From Thermoanaerobaculia bacterium (lineage in GTDB: Bacteria > Acidobacteriota > Thermoanaerobaculia > Multivoradales > JAGPDF01): DNA of 64,000 nt. The stretch lies in NCBI GenBank assembly GCA_039932315.1, contig JBDTQG010000015.1, positions 1,148 through 65,147 on the forward strand, given 5' to 3'. A model generated the notes under the pieces. It was not told where the DNA came from, did no database searches, and saw only the letters and a list, made by a program, of their open reading frames with translations. Positions 17,805 to 26,330 of the stretch are shown here, piece after piece. Each line of letters opens with the position of its first letter. Position 1 is the first letter of the stretch. The position numbers and the translations under genes are program-made.

Positions 17805-18584
17805 ATGAAAGTAGAGATTCTGGGCAGCTACGGCGGCGAAAGCATCGACTGCCGAATGACGTGCCTACTGCTCAACGACACGATTGCGCTCGATGCCGGC
17901 TCGCTCTCGCAAACCCTGCCGATCGAGCGTCAACGGCTCGTGACCTCCATCGTGCTGACGCATTCGCACATGGACCACACTTCGTCGCTGCCGTTCTTCA
18001 TCGAGAACGTCTTCGGCAAGCTGCGCGAAGCGGTCGACATCTACGCCTCGCCGGCGACGATCTATGCGCTGCGCCGCCACCTCTTCAACAACGACACCTG
18101 GCCGGATTTCACCCGCCTGCCGAACCACCTTCTGCCGGTCATCCGTTTTCATGAGCTGCACGATGAAGTGCCGATCACGATCGGCGCCGTGAACGGCGAA
18201 GGTGGAGTGCGCTTCACGCCAATTCCGGTGAATCACGTCGTCCCGACGTACGGCTTCCTGATCGAGAACGGCGGTTCGAGTTTTCTCTGGTCGAGCGACA
18301 CGGGTCCCACGCAACGTCTGTGGGAGATCGCGAACCGGACGCCGAGCCTGAAAGGCATCTGGGTCGACGCGAGCTTCGACAACGCCATGCAGGGAATCGC
18401 CGACGTGTCGGGGCACCTCACGCCGGCGACGGTCGCGGCCGAGCTGCGGAAGCTGGAACGCCGCGTTCCGATCCTCCTGCATCACCTGAAGCCGCCGTGC
18501 ATCGAGCAGATCCAGCGCGAGATCGCGGTGCTCGAGAATCCCGACATCGGATTCCTTGAGCAGGGCCGCGTCTACGAGCTCTAG
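17805..18584 (+). CDS. metallo-beta-lactamase-fold, class-II 3',5'-cyclic-nucleotide phosphodiesterase-like protein
   Basis: 259-aa ORF starting 3 nt after the HD-GYP gene. LTHSHMDHTSSLPFFIE resembles the class-II PDE signature H-x-H-L-D-H. Overall layout (LLLNDTIALDAGS..., WSSDTGPT) fits that family. Call made from memory of the signature. Confidence 0.7.
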   Translation: MKVEILGSYGGESIDCRMTCLLLNDTIALDAGSLSQTLPIERQRLVTSIVLTHSHMDHTSSLPFFIENVFGKLREAVDIYASPATIYALRRHLFNNDTWPDFTRLPNHLLPVIRFHELHDEVPITIGAVNGEGGVRFTPIPVNHVVPTYGFLIENGGSSFLWSSDTGPTQRLWEIANRTPSLKGIWVDASFDNAMQGIADVSGHLTPATVAAELRKLERRVPILLHHLKPPCIEQIQREIAVLENPDIGFLEQGRVYEL

Positions 18585-18587
18585 TTC

Positions 18588-19346
18588 CTAAGGCTTGGCG
18601 GTGATGCGTGCGGCGAGCCGGAAAGCGGCCCGCCGCGCCGCACTGCGCGCTGCCTCGGCGTTGGGCTTTCCGGTCGCAGTGGCAAGCTCTTCGTACGACA
18701 GCCCGAGATCGACGCGCCCGACGAGCAGCACCTGATCGTCCTCGTCGAGCTGGAGAAGCGCCTCGCGATACTGCTGCTTCTCCTGCGACTCGATCGCCTC
18801 ATCGAGCGGCGTGTCGCGCGAGTCCGGCGTTTCGGAAAGGCCGCCTCCACCGCGCACTTCCCCCAGGCGCGCGCGCCGGATCTCATCGCGGATGCGATTG
18901 AAGATGCACTTCAGCACATATCGCTTGACGACCTCGGGCTCGAGCGCGCTGTCTTCTCCGAGCTGCCGCAGAACGTGAACGACAGCCTCCTGCACGAGAT
19001 CGCCGGTGTCCATTCGCCGGCGCGCATAGGTCGGCAACTTTCCGTGCGTCCAGCGTTGAAGATGCGGCAGAAGCGATGAAAGCAGCCGCTCGATCGTGTT
19101 CGGCCGTGAACGCGGCGGAGCGGAGATCTCGTCCGTGGCGCGCAGAGCGATGCTGACGAGCGAGATGTAGGCGTCGACTTCGGGCTCGGCGATTTCCGCT
19201 CTCTCCGATCCCTCGGGAAAGTTCGCAGCGAGCGCAGCGATCGCAGAGTCTGAAAGATGCGGCACGGCGCGCGGATACTCTCCGGCCGGCGCGGGGTCGA
19301 GCCGCATCGCCCCAGAGTTCTTTCCCCCGCCCGCCGAATGCGACAT
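18588..19346 (-). CDS. ECF-type RNA polymerase sigma-70 family factor with about 75-aa N-terminal extension
   Basis: 252-aa ORF. Region-2-like: DTGDLVQEAVVHVLRQL...YVLKCIFNRIRDEIRRA. Region-4-like: LLQLDEDDQVLLVGRVDLGLSYEELATATGKPNAEAARSAARRAAFRL. Paralogous to 19540..20124. Confidence 0.8.
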   Translation of the reverse strand: MSHSAGGGKNSGAMRLDPAPAGEYPRAVPHLSDSAIAALAANFPEGSERAEIAEPEVDAYISLVSIALRATDEISAPPRSRPNTIERLLSSLLPHLQRWTHGKLPTYARRRMDTGDLVQEAVVHVLRQLGEDSALEPEVVKRYVLKCIFNRIRDEIRRARLGEVRGGGGLSETPDSRDTPLDEAIESQEKQQYREALLQLDEDDQVLLVGRVDLGLSYEELATATGKPNAEAARSAARRAAFRLAARITAKP

Positions 19347-19500
19347 TGACAGCCTCCAAACGCGCGTTCAGCTTAGGACTGCTGCGGCCCGGATTCAAGC
19401 GGCAAGAAGCTCCGGAAAATGCGCTTCGGACCTCACCCGGACGGGGGAGGGCGCGGGGATCTCCAACGTCTCGAACGAAGCCAAACGACGCGAAGGTCGC

Positions 19501-19525
19501 GACGATTGCGAAGGCCGCAAAGTTC
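19501..19525 (-). promoter_or_regulatory. candidate ECF-type promoter (GAAC-N17-CGTC) upstream of the 18588..19346 sigma gene
   Basis: The minus strand reads GAACTTTGCGGCCTTCGCAATCGTC, about 155 nt upstream of the start at 19346 and just downstream of the other sigma gene. Pattern match only. Confidence 0.3.
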
Positions 19526-19539
19526 GCGAAATGCGCGGT

Positions 19540-20124
19540 TCAGTCCGTGGGGCCGCCCGGCGTGCGTCCCATCGAACGCGCGAGGCGCATCGCCGCGCGC
19601 CGTGTCGCGTTGCGCGCGGCGTCCGGCGATGGCCGTCCGCTCATGATCGCGAGCTCCTCGAAGGAAAGCCCCATGTCGATGCGACCGACGAGCAACATCT
19701 GGTCGTCCTCGGGAAGTTGAAGGAGCGCCGCGCGATATTGCCGCCGGTTCTCTTCGTCGATCGCGTCCTCGAGTGGCGAGGGTCGGCTGTCCGCAGGGTT
19801 CGAAGTGTCGTTCGTCACTTCGCCGCGCGTCGCTCTCCGGACCTCGTCGCAGATGCGGTTCTGGATGGCGACGATCAGGTACTTGCGCAGCGCGATCGGA
19901 TTCGCCGCATCGATCTGACCGATGTTGCGCAACACACCGACGATCGCCTCCTGCACGAGATCGCCGGAGTCCATCCGACGGCGCGCGTAGCGCGGCAGTC
20001 GCCCGTGCGTCCAGCGTTGGAAGAACGGGAGCAGCGCGGCGATGGCGCGCTCGACCGCGGCAAAACGCCCGCGCGCTTCCGTCTCGACGCCGGCGTTGGC
20101 GCCGGCTCTGCGATCGTCGAGCAT
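19540..20124 (-). CDS. ECF-type RNA polymerase sigma-70 family factor
   Basis: 194-aa ORF. Shares with its neighbour the block LLP.[LF]QRWTHG.LP.YARRRMD.GDLVQEA and the region-4 block LLQL.EDDQ.LLVGR.D.GLS.EELA. Confidence 0.85.
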   Translation of the reverse strand: MLDDRRAGANAGVETEARGRFAAVERAIAALLPFFQRWTHGRLPRYARRRMDSGDLVQEAIVGVLRNIGQIDAANPIALRKYLIVAIQNRICDEVRRATRGEVTNDTSNPADSRPSPLEDAIDEENRRQYRAALLQLPEDDQMLLVGRIDMGLSFEELAIMSGRPSPDAARNATRRAAMRLARSMGRTPGGPTD

Positions 20125-20257
20125 TCCGTCCCCCCGGAAAGAAGGCCGGAGTGTACGCCAGTCATTCGGCGGAAGCGCCGCGCCCCGGCGCCCGGTTCGG
20201 GCGCGCCGTTCGTTCTCTAGAAAACGACGAAGTTACTGACGCCCGGAGGGCGCAAAG

Positions 20258-22003
20258 ATGAGCCCATCGATCCGCGACGGTCCGACGTTTCTCAACGCGC
20301 GACTCTTCGCCACGCGAGCGTCGAGCCTGGCTCCCTCCGAGCTGCCCGAGGTCGAATCCGGCGACGCGAACTTCGGTCCGCCCTGGGCCGGCGTGTGCAT
20401 CTCGGGCGGCGGTTCGCGCTCGCTCGCCGCGGCGATGGGAGAGCTGCGCGGGCTCGACGCGCTCGGTCTGCTCTCCCGCATCGGCTGGATCTCCACCGTT
20501 TCCGGCGGCACCTGGGCGGGGACGCTCTTCAACTGGTCTCCGGCGGAGATCGATGACGGCACGCTTCTCGGGCCGCTCCAGCTCACGCCGGAGAACCTCC
20601 GATGGGATTCCGGCCGAAGCGTCGACAATCTTTCGGTTCTCGATGCGCAGGCCATCGGCTCCGCGGCCACCCGGCTCGGTCTCGAGGAGATGCTGGCGAA
20701 AGCGATCGAGCTCTACGATCGCGGCGTCCCCGCCGGGGAGCTCTGGCCGCGGGCGATCGGCGAGCTCGTCCTCGAACCTTTCGGGCTCGGCGACTCGCCG
20801 GCGCAGTACTTCACCTGGACAGCGGGCTGGCTGTCGCGCGCGATCCTTTCGAACAATCCGGGATTGCGCGCCAGCGACTTCGTCACAACGCGTACCGGCC
20901 GCCCGTACCTCATCACGAACTCGTCGCTCTTCTATCCGCCGAATCCGCCGGCGTCGCTCGAGACTCCGCAGCGTCCGGCCGGTGGAGGCGGACCGGCAAA
21001 CCCCTGGGAAGTCGGCTACGACTTCGAGACCACGCCGATTTCGGCGGGGATTCCGCCCGGATTTCCGCGAGCGGGTCCGCCGAGCCCGGGACAACCGGCG
21101 AGCTCCGATATCGGCGGTGGCTGGATCGATCCGTTCGCGATGGGCAGCGTGGCTCCTGCAAAAGTGGCCGAAGACGGCAGTTTCCGCGTTCCCACGCCGC
21201 CGCTTCGATTCCGCCTCTCGGACGCTGCGGGCCTCTCGAGCGTCGCGTTCGTCTACGACGTCCTCGACCTCGCGCACGCGAGCGGCATTCACTATCTCGA
21301 CGACATGGTTCCGGAAACCGTCTGCTGGCCGGTTCTCAATGCCGGTGCCCTGCCGCGAAACGCCGCGCGCTCGTACCTCTTCGGCGACGGCGGGAATCTC
21401 GAGAACCAGGGAATCATGGCGCTCCTGCGGCGGAACCTCGAGAAGATCATCGCCTTCGTCAACACCGAAACCCAGCTCTCGCTGAGCGGCACGGAAGTGA
21501 TCGTCGACTCCGATCTGCCACCGCTCTTCGGCCTCGAGTGGAGCGACTCGGCGGGAACGTACGTTCCGATCTCCGCCACCTCGCCGTTCCGCTTCAACCA
21601 GGTTTTCGACCGCGCGACCTTCGACGATCTGCGCACGCAGCTCTGGGCCCGTGCCCAGGCCGGCGCCACGGCGATGGCGGTCCAGACCGTCGTCGACGTT
21701 CTCGCGAACCCCCACTACGGCGTCGCCGGCGGCACGACCGACATCCTGTGGATCTACCTCAACCCCGTCAACCAGTGGTACAGCGAGCTCCACGACACCG
21801 TCCGCCTCGCCATGGAGCTCGAACCGCTCGACTACGAAATGTTCCCCAACTACTACACCGTCGATCAGCTGAATCTCAATGCCCACCAGGTGAACCTGCT
21901 GGCGCATCTGACGAGCTGGAATGTGGCGAGCACCGCGAAAGTCGGCGGCTTCTCGGCGAATGCGGAGGTGGTGAAGGGGTTTCTACAGGGCCTAAGACAC
22001 TAA
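20258..22003 (+). CDS. PLA2_B / cPLA2-like (patatin-related) serine-aspartate phospholipase
   Basis: 581-aa ORF. Oxyanion block: GVCISGGGSRSLAA. About 30 aa later, nucleophile block ISTVSGGTWAG (compare fungal PLB / cPLA2 SGGGYRA ... GLSGGSW). Aspartate block: LFGDGGNLENQGIMALLRR. No signal peptide seen. Confidence 0.75.
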   Translation: MSPSIRDGPTFLNARLFATRASSLAPSELPEVESGDANFGPPWAGVCISGGGSRSLAAAMGELRGLDALGLLSRIGWISTVSGGTWAGTLFNWSPAEIDDGTLLGPLQLTPENLRWDSGRSVDNLSVLDAQAIGSAATRLGLEEMLAKAIELYDRGVPAGELWPRAIGELVLEPFGLGDSPAQYFTWTAGWLSRAILSNNPGLRASDFVTTRTGRPYLITNSSLFYPPNPPASLETPQRPAGGGGPANPWEVGYDFETTPISAGIPPGFPRAGPPSPGQPASSDIGGGWIDPFAMGSVAPAKVAEDGSFRVPTPPLRFRLSDAAGLSSVAFVYDVLDLAHASGIHYLDDMVPETVCWPVLNAGALPRNAARSYLFGDGGNLENQGIMALLRRNLEKIIAFVNTETQLSLSGTEVIVDSDLPPLFGLEWSDSAGTYVPISATSPFRFNQVFDRATFDDLRTQLWARAQAGATAMAVQTVVDVLANPHYGVAGGTTDILWIYLNPVNQWYSELHDTVRLAMELEPLDYEMFPNYYTVDQLNLNAHQVNLLAHLTSWNVASTAKVGGFSANAEVVKGFLQGLRH

Positions 22004-22364
22004 GAAGCGAGCCGGCATTTGCTGAAACAACTCGCCGAAGTCGAGGCTTTTGGTTGAGGAGCCTGGGTGCTTGTTCGGTTCATCCTCTTCATTCGTTCAC
22101 CTAGATGAGCTCCATATCGTCGAGATGATCATGCTCTTTAGCGAGGGAAAATGTGGCTCGGACCTGCTTCCATCTGCGAGTGAAAGGTACCCCAATGCAA
22201 AGCCGCCATAGGTAAGGAGGCGCCGCCGCTCAGCAGCTGACCGCCGTCGATCGAAGGCGTCCGGCTCACGGAAGTGGCCGCGCAGATGCTCAAGAGGGCG
22301 CTTACCTTCGAGTGGACAACAAACGAGAGTTGAAACAAGGAAGCCCAAAAGGAGGTACCAGAAT

Positions 22365-23384
22365 ATGCAAGCTAAGGAAAGAATGCGGTTCGCGATGCTC
22401 TTCCTATTCGTGTGCTTAGTTACCCTGCCTTTGAAGGCGTGGGCAAGGTCGGAAGGGCGGCAGCTGCCGCCCTTTGCGGCGGGGCGCATGCCCAATGAGA
22501 CACCTAAGACTTTTGCGGAAGTTCAAGAATTTTTGAAAGACGAGAAGAATAACAAGAACCGATTGGTCGGTTCGACGAAGGGCGACGACGTTGACGTGTT
22601 CGTCGTTTATTGTAGGTGCAAGGACAGCACATGCGCGCCCGAGGTGGCCTTCAAAGAGGAGACGCGGAAGACCCGCCTCGAGGAAAGTTTTGGGGAACTC
22701 AAGAAGCTAGCGAACGCACTCGATGCAGAAGGCTGCAACCCGGACTGGGCCGTGGCGAGGAAGAAGCTAGTTGAGCAACGCGCAACCCTTTCAGTAGAAG
22801 CGAAAATGGCCAAAGCGCCACCTAGCCCGGAGGCACCGAGCCCCCTGCCAGCGCAGTGGCTAGTGGTTATCGACTTGAGAGATGGAGACAAGAAAGGTGC
22901 CAACCTCGCGAGCCAATCCGTCACGATATTGACGGGCGCAAGAGAGCCCTGGCTCCTCTCCGCAGCAATCCCGCTTAACAACGTCGATCAGCTGAAGTAC
23001 GACCTCGCGTCGGATCAGATCAAACTCAAGGAGGAACAGAAAACCTTCTATGTATCGCTGGACTACACCCTCGGTGACGCTCTTCTTGAACACCCAAAAT
23101 TTCATGAAGCGCTGACGTTGAAGCTTCTGGTCGCCGCTTCCAAAGATCCGCTTCACTCGGTCGGCGCTGGACTTGGTTTGATGCCGGGCTGGTTCTCGAC
23201 TAAAGACAATCGGTTAAAGATTCTTGACACTCTTTCCCCATGGGTAGGTGTTACGTTCACACAGCAAGACGAAGTCGCGGCCGACGGTACTGTTGATCAT
23301 CGCGGAAAGAGGAATCACGAATTTCGCGCAGGAATCTGCCTCAGTCTCACGGAAGTTACCGGCTGGTTCAAGAAGGCAAACTAG
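22365..23384 (+). CDS. secreted hypothetical protein (island gene 1)
   Basis: 339-aa ORF with AAGGAGG 8 nt upstream. Signal peptide: MRFAMLFLFVCLVTLPLKAWA. Contains CRCKDSTC and a Pro-rich linker (APPSPEAPSPLP). No family recognised. Confidence 0.7.
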   Translation: MQAKERMRFAMLFLFVCLVTLPLKAWARSEGRQLPPFAAGRMPNETPKTFAEVQEFLKDEKNNKNRLVGSTKGDDVDVFVVYCRCKDSTCAPEVAFKEETRKTRLEESFGELKKLANALDAEGCNPDWAVARKKLVEQRATLSVEAKMAKAPPSPEAPSPLPAQWLVVIDLRDGDKKGANLASQSVTILTGAREPWLLSAAIPLNNVDQLKYDLASDQIKLKEEQKTFYVSLDYTLGDALLEHPKFHEALTLKLLVAASKDPLHSVGAGLGLMPGWFSTKDNRLKILDTLSPWVGVTFTQQDEVAADGTVDHRGKRNHEFRAGICLSLTEVTGWFKKAN

Positions 23385-23455
23385 GCACGGTGCCAGAACA
23401 AGCTCATGACTGCCGGAATTGCGCGTCGCATTTCTAGTGATATCGGGATATTTCC

Positions 23456-24517
23456 TTGAAGCGCTCTGGGATCTTGTTCGCTGGAGTAGTTGGGATGACT
23501 TGCGTGTGGTGGCCATTGGGGGCTCTCCCTCAAGGCACTCCGACCTTGGGTATTGGGGGGCCAGCGGCTGACTTCCTTACGACCTTTTCGACGATTTCGG
23601 TCACCGGCCAAGTGTCCTGCGGAGGCGTAGGTAGCGAAGTCTCGATCAGTTGCAGTGCCGTGAGTGTTGCCGCCGCGCTGGCAGGAGAAAGTTGGTCGGC
23701 AAGTGTGCCCTTGACGCTGGGCGCAAATATGCTTCATATAAGCGCCTGTCAAAATGCGATAGCGAAAGACGTCTTCGTTACAAGAGCTGAACAAGTCGTC
23801 GCCGGCTCGCCACAGAAACTCTTCCTTCTATGGACGCCGGAAGCAAATCAAGCCGTAAAGCAAATAGCGCGAGAGACCCTCACGATCAAGCTTTCAAAGA
23901 AAGAGCTTGAAACCTTCGCAGAACGAGTTCGTGACGGCGTCCTTGCTATTTTGGCGGGGAGGTTTCCCATTGGGACGATTGAGCTCGTCGATTCGAGTGG
24001 ACCAGACGTCCACACAGTTCGAATGATCGGAGCGAAGGGAGGTGGCGTCTTCGGACAGACGCCAGTCTACGATTGCGGCAATCTTAGTCACGAGGGCCTG
24101 AGCGAGGTTTGGGTCGGTAGCTATGAAGAGTCGATGCGGAACCTCCCGCTATGGACACCAATGCTAATGAGCGATTCTGTAGGAGACCGAACTGAAGACA
24201 TCAGCCAAGCGCTGGCAAGAGGCGCTGCGCACGAGATTGGCCATGGGCTCGGCATGGTGGGGGGTGCGCCATCTGCGACCTGTGGCTGGATGAACGGATG
24301 CGATGACCTGCATGACTGCGAGTCATTTCAGGCGACTTACGGTAGCCTCGTCAATCGGTTTGAAAAAGGTGGCTACATCATGGACCCGGGAGACACGACG
24401 TTGCGACCTTGGCGGATTGCGCTTCCTCTAGGAAGGGCACATTCCCGCAGGCCTTCTGCTTTCTCGCCGTTCGACCAAGCCTACTTGGCCTTGTTGGCGG
24501 GAGGGGCGGTGCCGTGA
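23456..24517 (+). CDS. secreted HExxH zinc-metalloprotease-like protein (island gene 2)
   Basis: 353-aa ORF (TTG 23456; ATG 23495 alternative). Signal-like N-terminus: KRSGILFAGVVGMTCVWW. Zinc motif: AAHEIGHGLGM. Downstream: C-x5-C-x5-C and GGYIMDPG (possible Met-turn). Confidence 0.7.
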   Translation: MKRSGILFAGVVGMTCVWWPLGALPQGTPTLGIGGPAADFLTTFSTISVTGQVSCGGVGSEVSISCSAVSVAAALAGESWSASVPLTLGANMLHISACQNAIAKDVFVTRAEQVVAGSPQKLFLLWTPEANQAVKQIARETLTIKLSKKELETFAERVRDGVLAILAGRFPIGTIELVDSSGPDVHTVRMIGAKGGGVFGQTPVYDCGNLSHEGLSEVWVGSYEESMRNLPLWTPMLMSDSVGDRTEDISQALARGAAHEIGHGLGMVGGAPSATCGWMNGCDDLHDCESFQATYGSLVNRFEKGGYIMDPGDTTLRPWRIALPLGRAHSRRPSAFSPFDQAYLALLAGGAVP

Positions 24518-25764
24518 AGCGAGCGCTAGTCCTGCTGCTCGGACTCATTGTTCTCGTCGAATCGAGCAAGGCCTCGGATATTGAATACGGCGCCAGCGGG
24601 CTGGCCGGCCTCTCCAGCCGCGCAGATTTGGTAGTCCGCGCAATCTCATTGCAGAAGGTGCCGAGTGCGAGTTCAAGATTTTCAACGTATAGCGTCTCTG
24701 TCGGCGCCGTGTTGCGCGGAGTTGTTGACCCGGATCAGCCTCTACTAGTTAGAGTTCCCGCTGGACTGGATTTCTTGAGCGCCTCTTTAGTTCACGACAG
24801 TCTTCTCTTCCTGGATACCGATCCGAACGACGCCGGATTTATGGAGGTCTCGGTCGGCGGAGTAAGGACATCCCTACTGATTGCAGGTCGGCTTGGCGCT
24901 GTCGATGTCTCAAGTTCCTCTCCGCCAAACCGAGAGAGCAAGATCAAGACCTTCCTTTCAATCGCTGGTCTGCCCGAGCGATTGAGCTGGGCCCGAGATG
25001 CCATTGGGTCTGACGACGAGTACCTTGAAAGGTCAGCTCTGTTTGACTTCGCGAGCCCGGGCGCTGTGGGTGGCGATGTGGTCGTTAAAATTTTGAAGGA
25101 TGCGATCGACAGACAGCAGGTTGCAGCTGGGAACCTCTCGGTCGTAGTCGATGCGCTCCGAAATTCAGGCAGTCCCGAAGCACTTGAAGTACTCGGGGAC
25201 CTGGTAGATGACGCCAAGGCGCAAATGTTTGTTAAGAACTCTGCCATCGAGGCAATGCCGGCGCTGCCGGGAGGGCTGGAGATGCTGAAGGGCATTTCAC
25301 TTGGAAATGGCCAGTTGAAGGATAGAGCGCGGCTCCAGCTAGATCAGATGCAGGATGAAGCGTCGCTGGTTTTTGCGATGAAAGACGCCGACAGGCTCAT
25401 ACCCTTGTTGGATTCGCCAGACGTGAAGCTGCGCGACGATGCGCTAGGTAAACTAATAGCAGGCGAGCCAAGCAGCGACCTGGTGGCGGCGTATCGACGC
25501 CTTCTGCAGAGGGATTCTTGGGCTGGAACAACAGTGAAACTCCTCATTGTTGAAGACCTCTCGACATTTGACGGAGCGCTGGCCGCGACCCTCTTAAAAG
25601 ATGTCGCTGCCGATAGCGATCAAAGTGATCTCGTTCGACGGCGCGCGATCATCAATATAGGAAAATTCGAGAGCGCGATCAGCAAGCCCATACTTACTCG
25701 CCTCGCTACAAAGTTGGAGGATGCGAAGCTGAGAAATTTGGCGAAGGCATCTGTAAACCAGTAG
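24514..25764 (+). CDS. secreted HEAT/ARM-like helical-repeat protein (island gene 3)
   Basis: ORF 24409..25764 trimmed to GTG 24514, which overlaps the upstream stop (GTGA). Signal peptide: KRALVLLLGLIVLVESSKA. C-terminal two-thirds has HEAT-like units (ALRNSGSPEALEVLGDLVDD..., LIPLLDSPDVKLRDDALGKL..., DLVRRRAIINIGKF...). Confidence 0.65.
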   Translation: MKRALVLLLGLIVLVESSKASDIEYGASGLAGLSSRADLVVRAISLQKVPSASSRFSTYSVSVGAVLRGVVDPDQPLLVRVPAGLDFLSASLVHDSLLFLDTDPNDAGFMEVSVGGVRTSLLIAGRLGAVDVSSSSPPNRESKIKTFLSIAGLPERLSWARDAIGSDDEYLERSALFDFASPGAVGGDVVVKILKDAIDRQQVAAGNLSVVVDALRNSGSPEALEVLGDLVDDAKAQMFVKNSAIEAMPALPGGLEMLKGISLGNGQLKDRARLQLDQMQDEASLVFAMKDADRLIPLLDSPDVKLRDDALGKLIAGEPSSDLVAAYRRLLQRDSWAGTTVKLLIVEDLSTFDGALAATLLKDVAADSDQSDLVRRRAIINIGKFESAISKPILTRLATKLEDAKLRNLAKASVNQ

Positions 25765-25860
25765 CGGGAGCGAAGGCGAAGGTCGAGCGGCGGCGCTGGT
25801 TACTTGGTCGTAGATGAACTTGCTCGCCAATATCTCAGAGCCGATTGTGGCGAAGAGTGT

Positions 25861-26330
25861 CTACGTTTCGTTGTTCACCGACACCCGGCTTCCTGAGGTT
25901 TTTCTAGGGGTTGAAGCGGGTGGCGCCGACTTGGAAGTCGACACGAAGAGCTTCGGCAAAGGCTTGAGCCGCGTGCGGCGGTTGAGGCGAGAGTCCTGAG
26001 GGGTGCGCCGAAGGTTGTAGTACTCGAGGAACCGATCGAGATCAACCTGAAGCTGCGCCGTGTCTTCGTACCAAGTCTTCGTTCTTTCGACGTGGAAGCA
26101 CTCATCGAGCAGCGTTCGATTTACACTTTCGACGAGGCTCTTGGTGCGCGGTGAACGGGCGCGGAGTTGCTATGGTCGATGCCCTCAACAGCGAGCATCG
26201 TCGAGGACGACGTTGACGAGCGGCTTTCAGGCAATGAACTTCCGGCGACCATTCGAGGCAACTCTCGGGTTAGTCCACAGCGGTCTTGCAATTGGTTCCG
26301 AGAGCCTTTCCGAGGACTTATTGGGAGGCA
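25861..26330 (-). pseudogene. decayed integrase-core (rve, IS481/IS3-like) transposase remnant, C-terminal part only
   Basis: Hand translation of the minus strand gives ...VASNGRRKFIA(stop)KPLVNVVLDDARC(stop), then after a frame change ...AVEGIDHSNSAPVHRAP, then a further frame change to RTKSLVESVNRTLLDECFHVERTKTWYEDTAQLQVDLDRFLEYYNLRRTPQDSRLNRRT...(stop at 25861). This parallels the rve pattern TDNG.EF ... GI.H ... P.TNG.VER.NRTL..E ... LQ.DLD.FL..YN..RPHQG. Conserved residues are substituted, and there are two frame breaks and internal stops. 5' limit approximate. Confidence 0.6.

Noticed and set aside
20162-21907. 581-aa minus-strand ORF, and the 500-aa + ORF 20602..22104
   Set aside because: Opposite-strand and alternate-frame shadows of the PLA2_B-like gene. 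Only the 20258..22003 frame carries the GGGxR / SGG / DGG catalytic blocks.
22004-22364. Small ORFs and the 132-aa minus ORF 22097..22495 at the island's left border, considered as a possible decayed integrase
   Set aside because: No recombinase or other motif could be recognised in any frame. The minus ORF partly overlaps island gene 1 on the opposite strand.
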